Positions 13,142-26,734 of a DNA stretch of 64,000 bases are shown piece after piece. Each line of letters opens with the position of its first letter. Within the stretch, counting starts at the first letter, position 1. The stretch is from Octopus vulgaris. Lineage: Eukaryota. The stretch is from NCBI GenBank assembly GCA_951406725.2, contig OX597824.1:76136001-76200000 (forward strand), written 5' to 3'. The translations under genes were made by a program, and so were the position numbers. The notes beneath the pieces were generated by a model. It was not told the DNA's origin. It made no database searches and saw nothing but the letters and a program-made list of their open reading frames with translations.

Positions 13142-13934
13142 GGAAAGAGAGAGTGAGAGGTCGAAGCATATTTATGAAGAAAATGTATGAATTTGGTATT
13201 TCTTTATTGCATCTATTACATATGTTTCTGTGTTTGATAATGAATGACGTCATATTATAAATGCGATTTACAAAGAGTTTTTAATCATACTGTGCAGGCC
13301 CTTACACAAGGTCAAACCGCATCCAAATCTCACCCAGGATGAACTGTTTTCACCGCGTCAAATTGCAGCCGATCGGCGGACAAGCAAAACACATACACTG
13401 AGTATGTGAGTTCGATGATGTTTACAACATAAGTGCTGCTTTCGATTCATATTGGAATGTATATATAATATATATATGAAAGAAGGTTTGAAAATGCAAT
13501 TTTAAAGATGTTTATTCACTCGAGCGGTGAAAAAGATTGTCAAAAGTAAAATGTAAAGCTTTGTATAAGATTTGTTGTGTTAAGTACTGGTTGTCAAAAA
13601 AAATATTAAAATACATATATACATCCTTTGATAATAATAAGAAAATGTTTAAAACAGTTTACAAGAAAGTATTCGAGAAAATATTCAACAAAAAGTATTA
13701 GGAGTTCAAAAAAATCATGTTTGTTTGGTAGTATATATATATATATATATACACACACAGGAGATATATTTGAGTTTACAAATAATTCGAGAGGTACCAA
13801 CCTGTCTTTCTGGCACTTTTCGTATATATATCAGTAAACACACACATACACATGCACGAACACAAACACACAGACACCACCCCACACACAAGCACACGAA
13901 CACGCAGACACACACACATACATACATACATACA

Positions 13935-13998
<64 letters not shown>

Positions 13999-14420
13999 CA
14001 GGGAGAGATAGATAGAGATAGATGGAGAAAGAGATAGAGAGAATGAGAGAGAGAGAGAGAGTGAGTGAGAGAGAGAAAGAGAGAGAAAGCCAGAATTAAA
14101 AAGTTTCCTCTTTGCCTCCACTATATTCTTATTTAGCAGTAGGTTAGCTTTAACTAAGTAGACATATGATTAAAGTCATTCCTGCCATGACTGTCCAGTT
14201 TAGGTGTTGTTTAGTCTTTGGTGAGTGCTTGTTAAGCAGAGCATAAATCAAAGTCACCCCATCTTTGACCATTCCACCTTCATTTGAGGCAGAGAATGTC
14301 TAGGACTATGTTATTGAAATGTGTCCCTTCTTTAAAAGAAAAAAATTACAGCTATTTCTAGTAGATCGACCGGTCAGGCAGAGACCTCCTCCATTGTCCC
14401 ATTATCATCTATACTCGCAC

Positions 14421-15050
14421 AAGGGTGAAACCTGGCAGAATCGTTAGCATGACAGGCGAAATGCTTAGCGGTATTTCGTCTGCCGCTACGTTCTGATTCA
14501 AATTCCGCCGAGGTCGACTTTGCCTTTCATCCTTTCGGGGTCGATTAAATAAGTACCAGTTACGCACTGGGGTCGATATAATCGACTTAATCCATTTGTC
14601 TGTCTTTGTTTGTCCCTTCTGTGTGTAGCCCCTTGTGGGTAGTAAAGAAATAGAAATAGGTGTTTCGTCCGTCTTTACGTTTTGAGTTCAATCCTGCAGA
14701 GGTCGACTTTGCCTGTCATCCTTTCAGTGTCGATAAATATAAGTACCAGTAGAACACTGGGGTCGATGCATTCGACTTATCTCTGCCCCGAAATTGCTGG
14801 ACTTGTGTCAAAATTTGAAATAAGTGCGTAAGAATGTGAGCTGGCAGAATCGCTAGCGCGACGGGTGAAATGTTCTGCGCATTTCCTTCTTCTGTATGTT
14901 CTGAGTTCAAATTCTGTCGAGGTCAACTTTACCTTTCATCTTTTCGGGGTCGATAAAATAGGTACCAGTCCAGCAGTGGGTTCGATTTAATTAATTTAGT
15001 CCCTCCCCTAAACCCGATGGCCTTGTGCTAAAATTTGAACTCATTGTCAT
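14421..15050 (+). mobile_element. Cluster of three SINE family A copies or fragments
   Basis: Repeated GAGTTCAA..GGTCGACTTTGCC core with long-tail and short-tail 3' ends. Confidence 0.8.
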
Positions 15051-15719
15051 CTATGTTCTTATAAGGGTAGCTGAGGATATTAGGAGAAAGTTACTCTCAA
15101 CCCGGGGCCCGACCCGAATCATTAAAACAGACTAGGTCTTGCTAAAGGCTCCCGAACGTGATGTAGTGGTGCTAAACCGAGACAAGAGATCAAGCCTCGT
15201 ACCAAAGACCTGACGCGATTGCACGTAGTTTCGATCTCCCCACCATCAGGCACATTGGATGCCTTTGGCGGTGTCCATTCAGTAGAAAGCGAAGTCCAAT
15301 GTTTGAAGATACCTTCCTCCCTCTCTTCCAATTCCCATCTCTTTCACCCACCCTCACTCTCCCACACTCTTTCCATCTCTTTCACCCTCCTCCTCTCTCA
15401 CTTTTCTCGCTCTCATTTTCCCTCCCTGCCCCTAACCATCCTTCTTTCCCATCTTCCCTCTTATCCTCCTTATTCCCCCCCCCCCTTCTTCACCCTTGGA
15501 GCTACGGACACTGCCTCCTCTCTCGACCGAAGGTTAAAAAAATATTATAAAAGATTATGAAAATTCACTCACAAGGTTTTGGCCGATTTGAAGGTATAAT
15601 AAAAAGACATTCCCCCACTTTGTGGAGGTCTGAACCCGAAACCACAGAACCATATCTGAGTTCAACTACAACAGCCATTCTCGATTATTAATCGTACCAA
15701 TTTTCAACAGCATTTTTCA

Positions 15720-18120
15720 TTTTCTTTAAACTGAAATACAGTCGAATTAAACCCCTAAACCACATACACAAATCTGTGTCGGACACAAATATCCATACCA
15801 GTATATTTATCGTACTGATTTCATCGTTGTTTCCCATTTTCTTTAGACTGAAGTGCCCTCAAATTAAATCCCCAAACCACATACACAAGTCGGTGTCGGA
15901 CAAAAATATCCCAGAATATCAATCGTACCGACCTCATCCGAGTTTCCCATTTTCAGTGCAGTCGGACTGAACCCCGAAACCACATACACAAATCTGTGAC
16001 TGACAAAAATATCCATACCGGAATATCAATCGTACCGACCTCATCCGAATTTCCCATTTTCAGTGCAGTCGGACTGAACCCCGAAACCACATACACAAAT
16101 CTGTGACGGACAAAAATATCCATACCGGAATATTTATCGTACAATCGTTTTCTTTAGACTGAAGTGCCCTCAAATTAAATCCCCAAACTACATACACAAG
16201 TCAGTGTCGGACAAAAATATCCCAGAATATCAATCGTACCGACCTCATCCGAGTTTCCCATTTTCAGTGCAGTCGGACTGAACCCCGAAACCACATACAC
16301 AAATCTGTGACGGACAAAAATACCCATACCGGAATATCAATCGTACCGACCTCATCCGAATTTCCATTTTCATCGGACTGAACCCCGAAACCACATACAC
16401 AAATCTCTGTCGGACACAAATATCCATGCCAGTATATTTATCGTACTGATTTCATCCTTGTTTCCCATTTTCTTTAGACTGAAGTGCCCTCAAATTAAAT
16501 CCCCAAACTACATACACAAGTCAGTGTCGGACAAAAATATCCCAGAATATCAATCGTACCGACCTCATCCGAGTTTCCCATTTTCAGTGCAGTCGGACTG
16601 AACCCCGAAATCACATACAACAAATTTATGACGGACAAAAATACCCATACCGGAATATCAATCGTACCGACCTCATCCGAGTTTCCCATTTTCAGTGCAG
16701 TCGGACTGAACCCCGAAATCACATACAACAAATTTATGACGGACAAAAATACCCATACCGGAATATCAATCGTACCAACCTCATCCGAGTTTCCCATTTT
16801 CAGTGCAGTCGGACTGAACCCCGAAATCACATACAACAAATTTATGACGGACAAAAATACCCATACCGGAATATCAATCGTACCAACCTCATCCGAGTTT
16901 CCCATTTTCAGTGCAGTCGGACTGAACCCCGAAATCACATACAACAAATTTATGACGGACAAAAATACCCATACCGGAATATCAATCGTACCAACCTCAT
17001 CCGAGTTTCCCATTTTCAGTGCAGTCGGACTGAACCCCGAAATCACATACAACAAATTTATGACGGACAAAAATACCCATACTGGAATATCAATCGTACC
17101 AACCTCATCCGAGTTTCCCATTTTCAGTGCAGTCGGACTGAACCCCGAAATCACATACAACAAATTTATGACGGACAAAAATACCCATACTGGAATATCA
17201 ATCGTACCAACCTCATCCGAGTTTCCCATTTTCAGTGCAGTCGGACTGAACCCCGAAATCACATACAACAAATTTATGACGGACAAAAATACCCATACTG
17301 GAATATCAATCTTACCAACCTCATCCGAGTTTCCCATTTTCAGTGCAGTCGGACTGAACCCCGAAATCACATACAACAAATTTATGACGGACAAAAATAC
17401 CCATACTGGAATATCAATCTTACCAACCTCATCCGAGTTTCCCATTTTCAGTGCAGTCGGACTGAACCCCGAAATCACATACAACAAATTTATGACGGAC
17501 AAAAATACCCATACCGGAATATCAATCGTACCAACCTCATCCGAGTTTCCCATTTTCAGTGCAGTCGGACTGAACCCCGAAATCACATACAACAAATTTA
17601 TGACGGACAAAAATACCCATACTGGAATATCAATCGTACCGACCTCATCCGAGTTTCCCATTTTCAGTGCAGTTGGACTGAACCCCGAAATCACATACAA
17701 CAAATTTATGACGGACAAAAATACCCATACCGGAATATCAATCGTACCAACCTCATCCAAGTTTCCCATTTTCAGTGCAGTCGGACTGAACCCCGAAACC
17801 ACATACACAAATCTCTGTCGGACACAAATATCCATGCCAGTATATTTATCGTACTGATTTCATCCTTGTTTCCCATTTTCTTTAGACTGAAGTGCCCTCA
17901 AATTAAATCCCCAAACTACATACACAAGTCAGTGTCGGACAAAAATATCCCAGAATATCAATCGTACCGACCTCATCCGAGTTTCCCATTTTCAGTGCAG
18001 TCGGACTGAACCCCGAAACCACATACACAAATCTGTGACGGACAAAAATATCCATACCGGAATATCAGTCGTGCCGATCTCATCTGTGTTTCCCATTCTC
18101 TTTTCACTGAAAGTACGAAG
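15720..18120. repeat. ~108-bp satellite array, homogeneous core (~16560-17800) with divergent variant units at both ends
   Basis: GACCTCATCC at 16561 and 16669 (period 108); 36-codon periodic ORFs on both strands. Confidence 0.95.
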
Positions 18121-18444
18121 CGATTCATTGACCAAAGACTAAATAACCTTAATCTATTTTTAGTTTCTGCACTAGATGGCAGTAGTGGAACTAGGTGGGA
18201 AATATACGCTAATTTGTTGATTTAATAATAAATAGGCCACATAATATGCTAAGCTGTTTTTGAAGACTATTTTTGAATAAATGTAGATAGAAAGGAAAAA
18301 TGAAATAAAGGGAGAAAACAAAAATAAACTCAAGCTAGAAGGTCAATCCATTTTAGTATATTACCTATCAGTATTTGTGATAGCTTGGAAATGTTCCAGA
18401 ATCTTCTGAACCAGATATCTTTGAATTATCAAAGGAGAGAAAAG

Positions 18445-18800
18445 GCCAAAAAAAAAAAAGAAATATAAATAAATTTATAAACAAAAATAAAAAAATAGAA
18501 CAAAATATACAAAATACAAAAACAAACATAAAAAATAAAAATAAAAATAAAAATGATGAATTATTAAATAAAAAACGATAAAAATAAAAATGAAAAGTTA
18601 TAAAATAAAAATAATGAAAATATAAATATAAATGAAAAGTCATGAAATAAAAATAATGAGAATAAAAATAAATATAAAGAGAAAATATCAAATAAAAAAT
18701 AGATAAAATATAAAAAGCAAAATGAAATATAAAAATGAAAAATAAAAGTGTATAAATAGGTCTATAAATAAATAAGAAAAGTTAAAAATTAAAAGAAAAT
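18445..18800. repeat. A-rich low-complexity (AAAAT-like) tract
   Basis: Direct inspection. Confidence 0.85.
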
Positions 18801-19001
18801 GGTCGTTGGGAGCGAATACATAAATATTTGCAGTGTTTTCCATTATCGTTGGTTACTATTTACGTTGCCGCCTTTTTATTCTGAAACTGCTTTGTGAATC
18901 AATTTTCTATGAGAAGTGAAAATCTTAACTCCTGTAAAGAAAAGAACCCCTTCAGTCATGAATGACCATGAGATTGTATTTAGAAAATTCCCCTCTAAGG
19001 C

Positions 19002-19238
19002 AAAGGGGATTAGAAATGAAGGAGTACCTGAAGGTAAAAGGGATGCGAGGGATGAATATCTATTGTGATAGGATGAAATAATCAATCTAAATCATAGGGG
19101 AAATGAGAGAGAAAAAGATATAGCTAAGTGACTAGTAGTTCTAAATACATAAGGAATTAGGCCTAAGAGGTTAAAATTAATAATTATTAAAAATAATGAT
19201 GAAATGATGAGTGAAAAGCCTCCTATATTATTTCTAAG
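19002..19238 (-). pseudogene. atp6: NUMT: fragment of mitochondrial ATP synthase F0 subunit a
   Basis: With the invertebrate mitochondrial code it reads as one open frame LSNNMGGFSLIISSLFLMIINFNLLGLIPYVFSTTSHLAMSFSLSFPLWFSLIISSYHNSYSSLASLLPSGTPSFLIPF. The motifs NLLGLIPY.F..TSH and LLP.GTP..L.P are ATP6 hallmarks; TGA at 19092-94 reads Trp. Confidence 0.93.
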
Positions 19239-19240
19239 TC

Positions 19241-19735
19241 CGGGCAACGAAATTTTTTTTTGCCACGAAAGTTCTGACCCCCCCCCTGTAATGAACTCAT
19301 TTACATACAGCCAATCAGAGCTCACCTTGACCTTGTTGTCAAAGTTATGCCTGATTTTAGCAGGAGACAAGTAATAAGATAGATTTGAACCTATACCTAT
19401 TATCGGATTTTGTTAGGGCCCCATATGGTAAAGATGTGGATGGGAAAAATGTGAGTAGAGGGTGCTGTGCTATCAACCCTCTCCCCTTACTGTTATACAA
19501 AGTAAACAACACAAATAACTATGCAGAGGCAGCCATGGTTGGAACAAGAACAAGAACAACAAGCATTACTAAGAGAGAAAAGAAGCATGGTCATTTCTTC
19601 CCTAAGTGACCTTATCTTATTGCCCATCACTTATGCGCTCATAAATTAGTTTGCTAGTTGAATTCTGATTGGCTGTATGCAAATGAGTTCATAACTGGGG
19701 TCCGGAACTCTCGTAAGAAAAAAAATCGCGTCCGA
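19241..19735. mobile_element. MITE-like element with ~80-bp imperfect terminal inverted repeats
   Basis: 19241-19325 (..ATGAACTCATTTACATACAGCCAATCAGAGCTCA) is the inverse of 19657-19735 (TGAATTCTGATTGGCTGTATGCAAATGAGTTCAT..). Confidence 0.7.
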
Positions 19736-20104
19736 GCAATGATGAAACAACAAACTGACGAGAGAATATACATATGAGCCAGCAAGCGAGCATCTACATA
19801 ATCCAGGCAGTGAGAGAGTGTATATAGAAGCTTGCAAACGAGTACCATATACACAGAGTGTGTGTGTGCATTTATACGGGGGTGGGACATTTACTCGGGG
19901 AGGGGTGTTTATATGAGCCAGTGAACATTACATACATACATTACATACATAAATATACGTTAATTGCCTCATCTTATCAGATGATAGCCGTCTCACATTC
20001 GGCCTGATTGTACTGATCTACTTTCATCCGTGTAATGTGCGCAGATATGACTTTACACTCGCCACGCATTCATCTCTCAAAGTACTTTTTGAAATATAAG
20101 ATGG

Positions 20105-20630
20105 ATCAAGGAATGAAATTTTGAGGGAGCGGTCTAGTCGATTAGATCGACCCCAGTACGCAACTGGTACTTAATTTATCGGCCCTGAAAGGATGAAAGG
20201 CAAAGTCGACCTCGGCGGAATTTGAACTCAGAACGTAGCGAGAGACGAAATACCGCTAAGCATTTCGCCCGGTGTGCTAACGTTTCTTATTTCTTTATTG
20301 CCCACAAGTGGCTAAACATAGGGGGGACAAACAAGGATAGACAAAGGGATTAAGTCGAGTACATCGACCCCAGTGCATAGCTGGTACTTAATTTATCGAG
20401 CCCGAAAGGATGAAAGGCAAAGTAGACCTTGGCGGAATTTGAACTCAGATCGTAAAGATAGACGGAATACCTATTTCTTTACTACCCACAAGGGGCTAAA
20501 CACAGAGGGGACAAACAAGGACAGACATAGGTATTAAGTCGATTACATCGACCCCAGTGCGTAACTGGTACTTAATTTATCGACCCCGAAAGGATGAAAG
20601 GTAAAGTTGACCTCGGTGGAATATGAACTC
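20105..20630 (-). mobile_element. SINE family A tandem cluster
   Basis: Reverse complement of the 184-bp unit repeated about three times. Confidence 0.85.
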
Positions 20631-20790
20631 GGCAACATATGTATGTTTGGATGTACTATGTTTTGTAGTCTAAAATAAAATAAGAAAGGAAGCTACTATG
20701 TATTTACTAAAGTAGCCAGATATTGAAACAAAATCCCTTACATATCACACACCACTGTCTTGAAAAAGAGGAACATTTTCTGTATGTATG

Positions 20791-21166
20791 TGGGAAGCAC
20801 TCCGTCGGTTACGACGATGAGGGTTCCGGTTGATCCGAATCAACGGAAAAGCCTGCTCGTGAAATTAACGTGTAAGTGGCTGAGCACTCCACAGACACGT
20901 GCACCCTTAACGAAGTTCTCGGGGATATTCAGCGTGACACAGAGAGTGACAAGGCCGGCCCCTTGAAATACAGGTACAACAGAAACAGGAAGTAAGAGAG
21001 AAAGAAAGTTGTGGTGAAAGAGTACAGCAGGGATCACCACCATCCCCTGCCGGAGCCTCGTGGAGCTTTTTAGGTGTTTTCGCTCAATAAACACTCACAA
21101 CGCCCGGTCTGGGAATCGAAACCGCGATCCTATGACCGCGAGTCCGCTGCCCTAACCACTGGGCCA
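20791..21166 (-). mobile_element. tRNA-Arg(TCG)-like SINE (family B, OR-like)
   Basis: High identity to 62317-62700; tRNA-like head with GGAC-TCG-CGGTC anticodon arm. Confidence 0.85.
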
Positions 21167-21489
21167 GTATGTATGTATGTATGTATGTATGTATGTATGT
21201 ATGTATGTATGTATGTATGTATGTATGTATGTATGTTTGTATGTATGTATGTATGTCTGCCAATCTATTTATCTATTTATCTATCTTGACCATGTATACA
21301 TTCCGTATGAATGTATGAACTCGTGGCATTATGTCTTTCGATATTCAAGTATATACACATAGAAACACTTTGATAAACAGATTTTCAGACACAGGAACGT
21401 ATAACTGAGAAATAGAGAAAGAATATGTACGAAAGAGAAAGAGAGAGCGGAGGGAGGAGTGAGTGAAAAAGAGAGGGTTACAGAGGAAT

Positions 21490-21525
<36 letters not shown>

Positions 21526-21889
21526 TGAACAACAGTGATTATAACGGAAGGATTTTAATTAACTAAATTGCTAGCAGGGCAAAAGTGCCAGCCTAATCGA
21601 TATACAATGTTGGTCTTCTTCAAAGTTGATCAAAGATATGAAGCATAGCAAATGGTAAAGTAACGGTTCCCTCCACCCAACTCCACTGCCAGACATATTC
21701 TGTCATTATAAAACTATTATATTATGTCTAGTGATCCAGAGACAAGTCCACAAGTATGTTCAGGTGTTTGGGCTAAATTTGATTTTTTTTTACGTCTCTT
21801 TTTTTCAAGAACAACTTCATGTATTGGTGAATAGTCGACGGCGCTGGAGAGCATAAAGATTAAAGTTGTAGTTGAGAAAAAGTTGAATG

Positions 21890-22012
21890 ACATGGTGGAC
21901 TGGATGCTATCTGAATATTCGAAAAGAATCACCTGTATCGTGATGATTATAGCCGGGCATCAAGAGGCCAGCATCATGACTGTGGCTCAATGATCTGCGA
22001 ACACTGTAAAGG
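21890..22012 (+). mobile_element. Possible Tc1-like transposase N-terminal remnant
   Basis: Reads MLSEYSKRITCIVMIIAGHQEASIMTVAQ*SANTVK, HTH-like spacing; truncated by a SINE. Pattern recognition only. Confidence 0.3.
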
Positions 22013-22299
22013 TTGTAGGAGTGGCTGTGTGGTTAGTAGCTTGCTTACGAACCACATGGTTCCGGGTTCAGTCCCACTGCGTGGCACATTGGGCTAGTGT
22101 CTTCTACTATAGCCTCGGGCCGACCAAAGCCTTGTGACTTGTAGAGCTCGACATTTTAAATTGATGTAATGAAATGATTGCATTGTTCAATTAAATGGAG
22201 TCGCATGAAACGATCGTAGTGCATTACCTCTGGATATCCTTGTTGCTTATTTTGATACATACATACATACATACATACATACATACATACATACATACA

Positions 22300-22518
22300 T
22301 GACTGGTTGTCTACTCATGCAGAGTCTGACCACCTCTTGTGTTTACACTTTAGATCCATCACGGCATCTGATGTGGCTTTTAAGCCAGACAATGTATTGA
22401 AAAGACACCCATATAAATTGCATATCTGATTTGGATCATAAAGAGCCGCAGTTAAGTCCTGATCTTTGTGGATCCTAAAATGTCTTTTGAAGCCACCGTC
22501 AGACTTGCAAACCTTGTG

Positions 22519-22520
<2 letters not shown>
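22300..22520 (-). mobile_element. Probable RTE-type LINE 3' end (degenerate C2H2-like tail)
   Basis: CHKVCKSDGGFKRHFRIH..ICNLYGCLFNTLSGLK, then a short 3' UTR ending at (TACA)n. Confidence 0.5.
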
Positions 22521-22595
<75 letters not shown>

Positions 22596-22749
22596 TACAC
22601 ATATATGTATGTATATGTGAAGGAGCATGGTTTGGTAGTTAATAAGGTGTTGCACTCACGATCGCGAGACCGTTGGTTCGATTCCCAGTTCAGGCGTTGC
22701 ATTTTGCACACACAAACACACACGCACGGTCTCTCTCTCTCTCTCTCTC

Positions 22750-22802
<53 letters not shown>

Positions 22803-23316
22803 CCTGTATGCATACATATATACATATATACTCTAGTATGCAGAAACCCGTTTGCATGTACATAGCCAAACATAGTTATACGTATCTCTTTCCATACATG
22901 TTGTCGGGGCCATATTTATTTCATTGATTTATCAATCCGCATTCTTTATCATCGCTATTATTCCATTCCATTCCATCTAACAACGTGACCTTTTCCAACC
23001 CAACTTTTAAAGTACATCCATTTTATGATGTACAGTTTACTGCAAAAAAAAAAAAAAGAAAAATGATGTGTGACAAAATTTTTCTTTCTTTCGCTGAAGA
23101 CATTTCCTAGCATCTTATCTGTCTCTTAATATCAGTAAATTGCTATGAAAGAATATCGGATTTCATAACATTGCAACACGACTCTCTCACACATAAACAC
23201 ACACATGCACACACATGCATGGATTCATAATTAAATATATACACAAGTATATGTTTACATGTATACACACACACGCAAATGCATACATAATTTTAAACGC
23301 TTGTATACATACGTAC

Positions 23317-23380
<64 letters not shown>

Positions 23381-23418
23381 TAAGTTTCAGCTCAGAGCTG
23401 CGTTTGCACATTCATACA

Positions 23419-23511
<93 letters not shown>

Positions 23512-23919
23512 TCATACATGCATATATATACATACATACATACATACATACATACAAACATATATATTATTGATACATAATATACGTGTATACGTAAGAC
23601 GATAGGAAATATACTTTTTGTATGGCTTAAAGGATTTGTTGCTGTTTAGTTACGTATTTAGTTGGTTGTAAATTTACTTATTGAATTTACTTACCGATAT
23701 GGTTGTACATAGGGTAAATATGTTTCTAAGTTGTAGTTTCTTTGCTATGTTTTTCCCCCCAAACACTTATTTTAGTGCTGTTGACACCGCTGGATTGAAT
23801 GGTACTGCCCAGGTGTCGAAACCATAATGGTATCTGTAAGGCAGCTGATGATGGAGGTATGTTGGATTGTTGGTATGGCTGTTTTTGTGTATGTGGGATA
23901 ATATTATAACACATCCTTT

Positions 23920-23959
<40 letters not shown>

Positions 23960-24198
23960 GTTAGGGTCACTTACATATATAAATGCACACAGATTTTATA
24001 TATAACAGGGACATACACATATATACATACATGCATAAATACATAATACATACATACACACATACATATATACATACATACATAAGAGCAATAACTACCA
24101 TTTTCTGTTCACATTCGGGTCATCTAAATACATACGTACATGCATGCGCTTACACCAACACACGCACGCACCAACGCACGCATGCGCGGGCGCACGCG

Positions 24199-24238
<40 letters not shown>

Positions 24239-25158
24239 TGCACACATATACGCATGTTGTGTTCGTGTGAGATTTTAGCCGTAAATTCTCTCTTGCTTTT
24301 TAATTTGAACTTGCACGTTGATAATATATAATTCATATATACGCCTTTATTATAGTATAGATATATACGTGTCTAACAAACAGCATCTTAACTGTCTCTC
24401 ATATATTTAATACTAGCAATGCACCCCGGCGTTGCCAGGGTATTATGACCTACTGCCACATTGTATTATTTGTTCTTTTCTTATGGGCAGAATCGGCACA
24501 CGAAGGGTATGAAGCAAATAACTCTTTTTTATAAACATGCTTTCTTGTCATTTTCTGATGAATAATGCTGCAATTTCCGTCTACCAAATTCCATCACAAG
24601 TCTCCTGTTTGCCTAGGGTTATGGTAGAAAAACCTTGCCCAGGGTACAATGTAGAGGAACTGAACGTGGAACCACATGGTTGGGAAGCAAACTTCTCAAC
24701 CACATAGTCGTTCTTGCACCTAATATGTATGTATGTTTACATTTGTTGTTAAATCGAGTATTGTGTCCCACTATATATGAAAGTTAGCAGTTCATCAAGC
24801 AGAGATCTATAAAATAAATGCCAAATTGAAATACGTACTGGGGTCAGTATGATCAATTAAATTTTTGAAGGTGATACCACATTATGGCGACAGTCGAAAG
24901 ACTAAACCCAGTAAAATAATGTTTATAGACTTAACGGTTTTAAATTATGGTAATGGATTACCAACCACAGGATAATGAGTTCAAAACTTTGTATTGAATT
25001 TCCACTCTATACAATAACACTATATGTACAGCTCACTCTACTTGACTTCCAACAACTAACAGTTGTAATTTGAAGTTGAATGGTTAGCAGTAAGAAGGAT
25101 GTCAAGATTTCTTTAAAAATTATTGTGCAAAATATTCTGAGAAAAAGTACTTTTTCCA

Positions 25159-25230
<72 letters not shown>

Positions 25231-25617
25231 ACACACACAGACACACACACATACACACACACACACAGTTGTCTCCCTCAGCTAAAGACCTCAAAACCTC
25301 GAGAGATCGCGTACCTCGGGAAACCGTGGCTCGATTTGCGCGAATCTAGTTTTCTTCTGTTTGTATTCACATTTCAGGGGTACCTTACTTTCCGAGTATA
25401 TTCTCATTATGCGCCGATTTGGCTGTGTTAAATTATGGACAAGCACGTAGGCAAGCAACCAATCACAGAGTTTTAGTGGCATATAGATAGTTGTTCAGCA
25501 CATTGCTTCACTCCTATCTTTCTAACTGTCTGTTCGTCAGTGACAAGTATGCTTAAATGCTAATTATATTGGAAGAAATGAAGAAAATTACTGTAGAATT
25601 TGTACATAATATTTCAG

Positions 25618-25836
25618 CCTTTGGCATTCAGACTGCTCTGTCAAATGTAATGCTTATTTATTCACATTGTTTTGAATGAGTCGTCCTTTATCTCATAGCT
25701 TTTGCAATGTCGACGATGCAGATGTTTATTTTTAGGATGACATTGTAAAGTAGATGTGAGAACTCGAACCTGGTAATCTGGTAGATAAAACAGGTAAAAT
25801 ATTTAGGCTGGATATAGTTGGTTTCAATGCCAAAGG
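25618..25836. mobile_element. Small MITE with 11-bp TIR CCTTTGGCATT/AATGCCAAAGG
   Basis: Perfect terminal inversion; a related fragment lies on the minus strand at ~27990-28100. Confidence 0.6.
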
Positions 25837-26328
25837 TTTAGACAAACGATAAGCCTATAGTATTCTGTGAATCCAGTGTTATTATACTTCGCTACAAATA
25901 TTGTTCCTGTCATGGCAAGCCACTTCGACATCTCAAATTAGCTTTACAAACTTTGTTGAAACACATATGAGAAGCGTTCTATAGTAAACCTTAACATCTT
26001 ATCCTCGTACACAACTATAAAATCTTTTCATGATGTTTTGCCATTATGAAGCTTCCAAGCAGCATCAATAAACGTTTCGGTAATCGATAGTATATCTTCC
26101 ACGTTTGATGTTTGTACAATGTTCATTTCCGATGCATTTCAGCCACGATGCATTTGGTTTGGGACCGATCTTATTCCAGATCTTAAAAGAAAACAATTTA
26201 AGATCTTCCCAAGAGGTTTTTTTTTCCTTTGCAGAAATGTTATTTTCATCTTTTGGTATATAGCTTTTCAATTGGATGTATATTCATTGGTATTGATGGT
26301 TCGGTAAATGTTTGGTTAACGATGGCTC

Positions 26329-26359
<31 letters not shown>

Positions 26360-26734
26360 TGTATGTATGTATGTATGTATGTATGTATGTATGTATGTAT
26401 GTATGTATGTATGTATGTATGTATGCATGTATGTATGTATGCATGCATGTATGTATGTATGTATGTATGTATGCATGTATGTTTGTATGTATGTATGTTT
26501 GTATTTATGTATATATGTATGTGTGTGTATATGTATGTATTCAATGCCTATGCATGTATACATGCATATATATATAATTATGTATCTATGCATGTATGTA
26601 CGCGCACACACACATATACCTACCTACCTACCTACCTACCTACCTACCTACCTACCTACCTACCTACCTACCAACCAACCTACCTACAAACCTGCCGACC
26701 TACCCTCACTCTCTCTCCCTTATCTATCTATCTA

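Noticed and set aside
16495-17857. 409/446-aa tandem-repeat proteins
   Set aside because: Satellite translation; flanking units break the frame and no unique domain is present.
18190-18430. Possible second mitochondrial fragment
   Set aside because: Hydrophobic reading in the mitochondrial code but no recognisable motif; needs BLAST.
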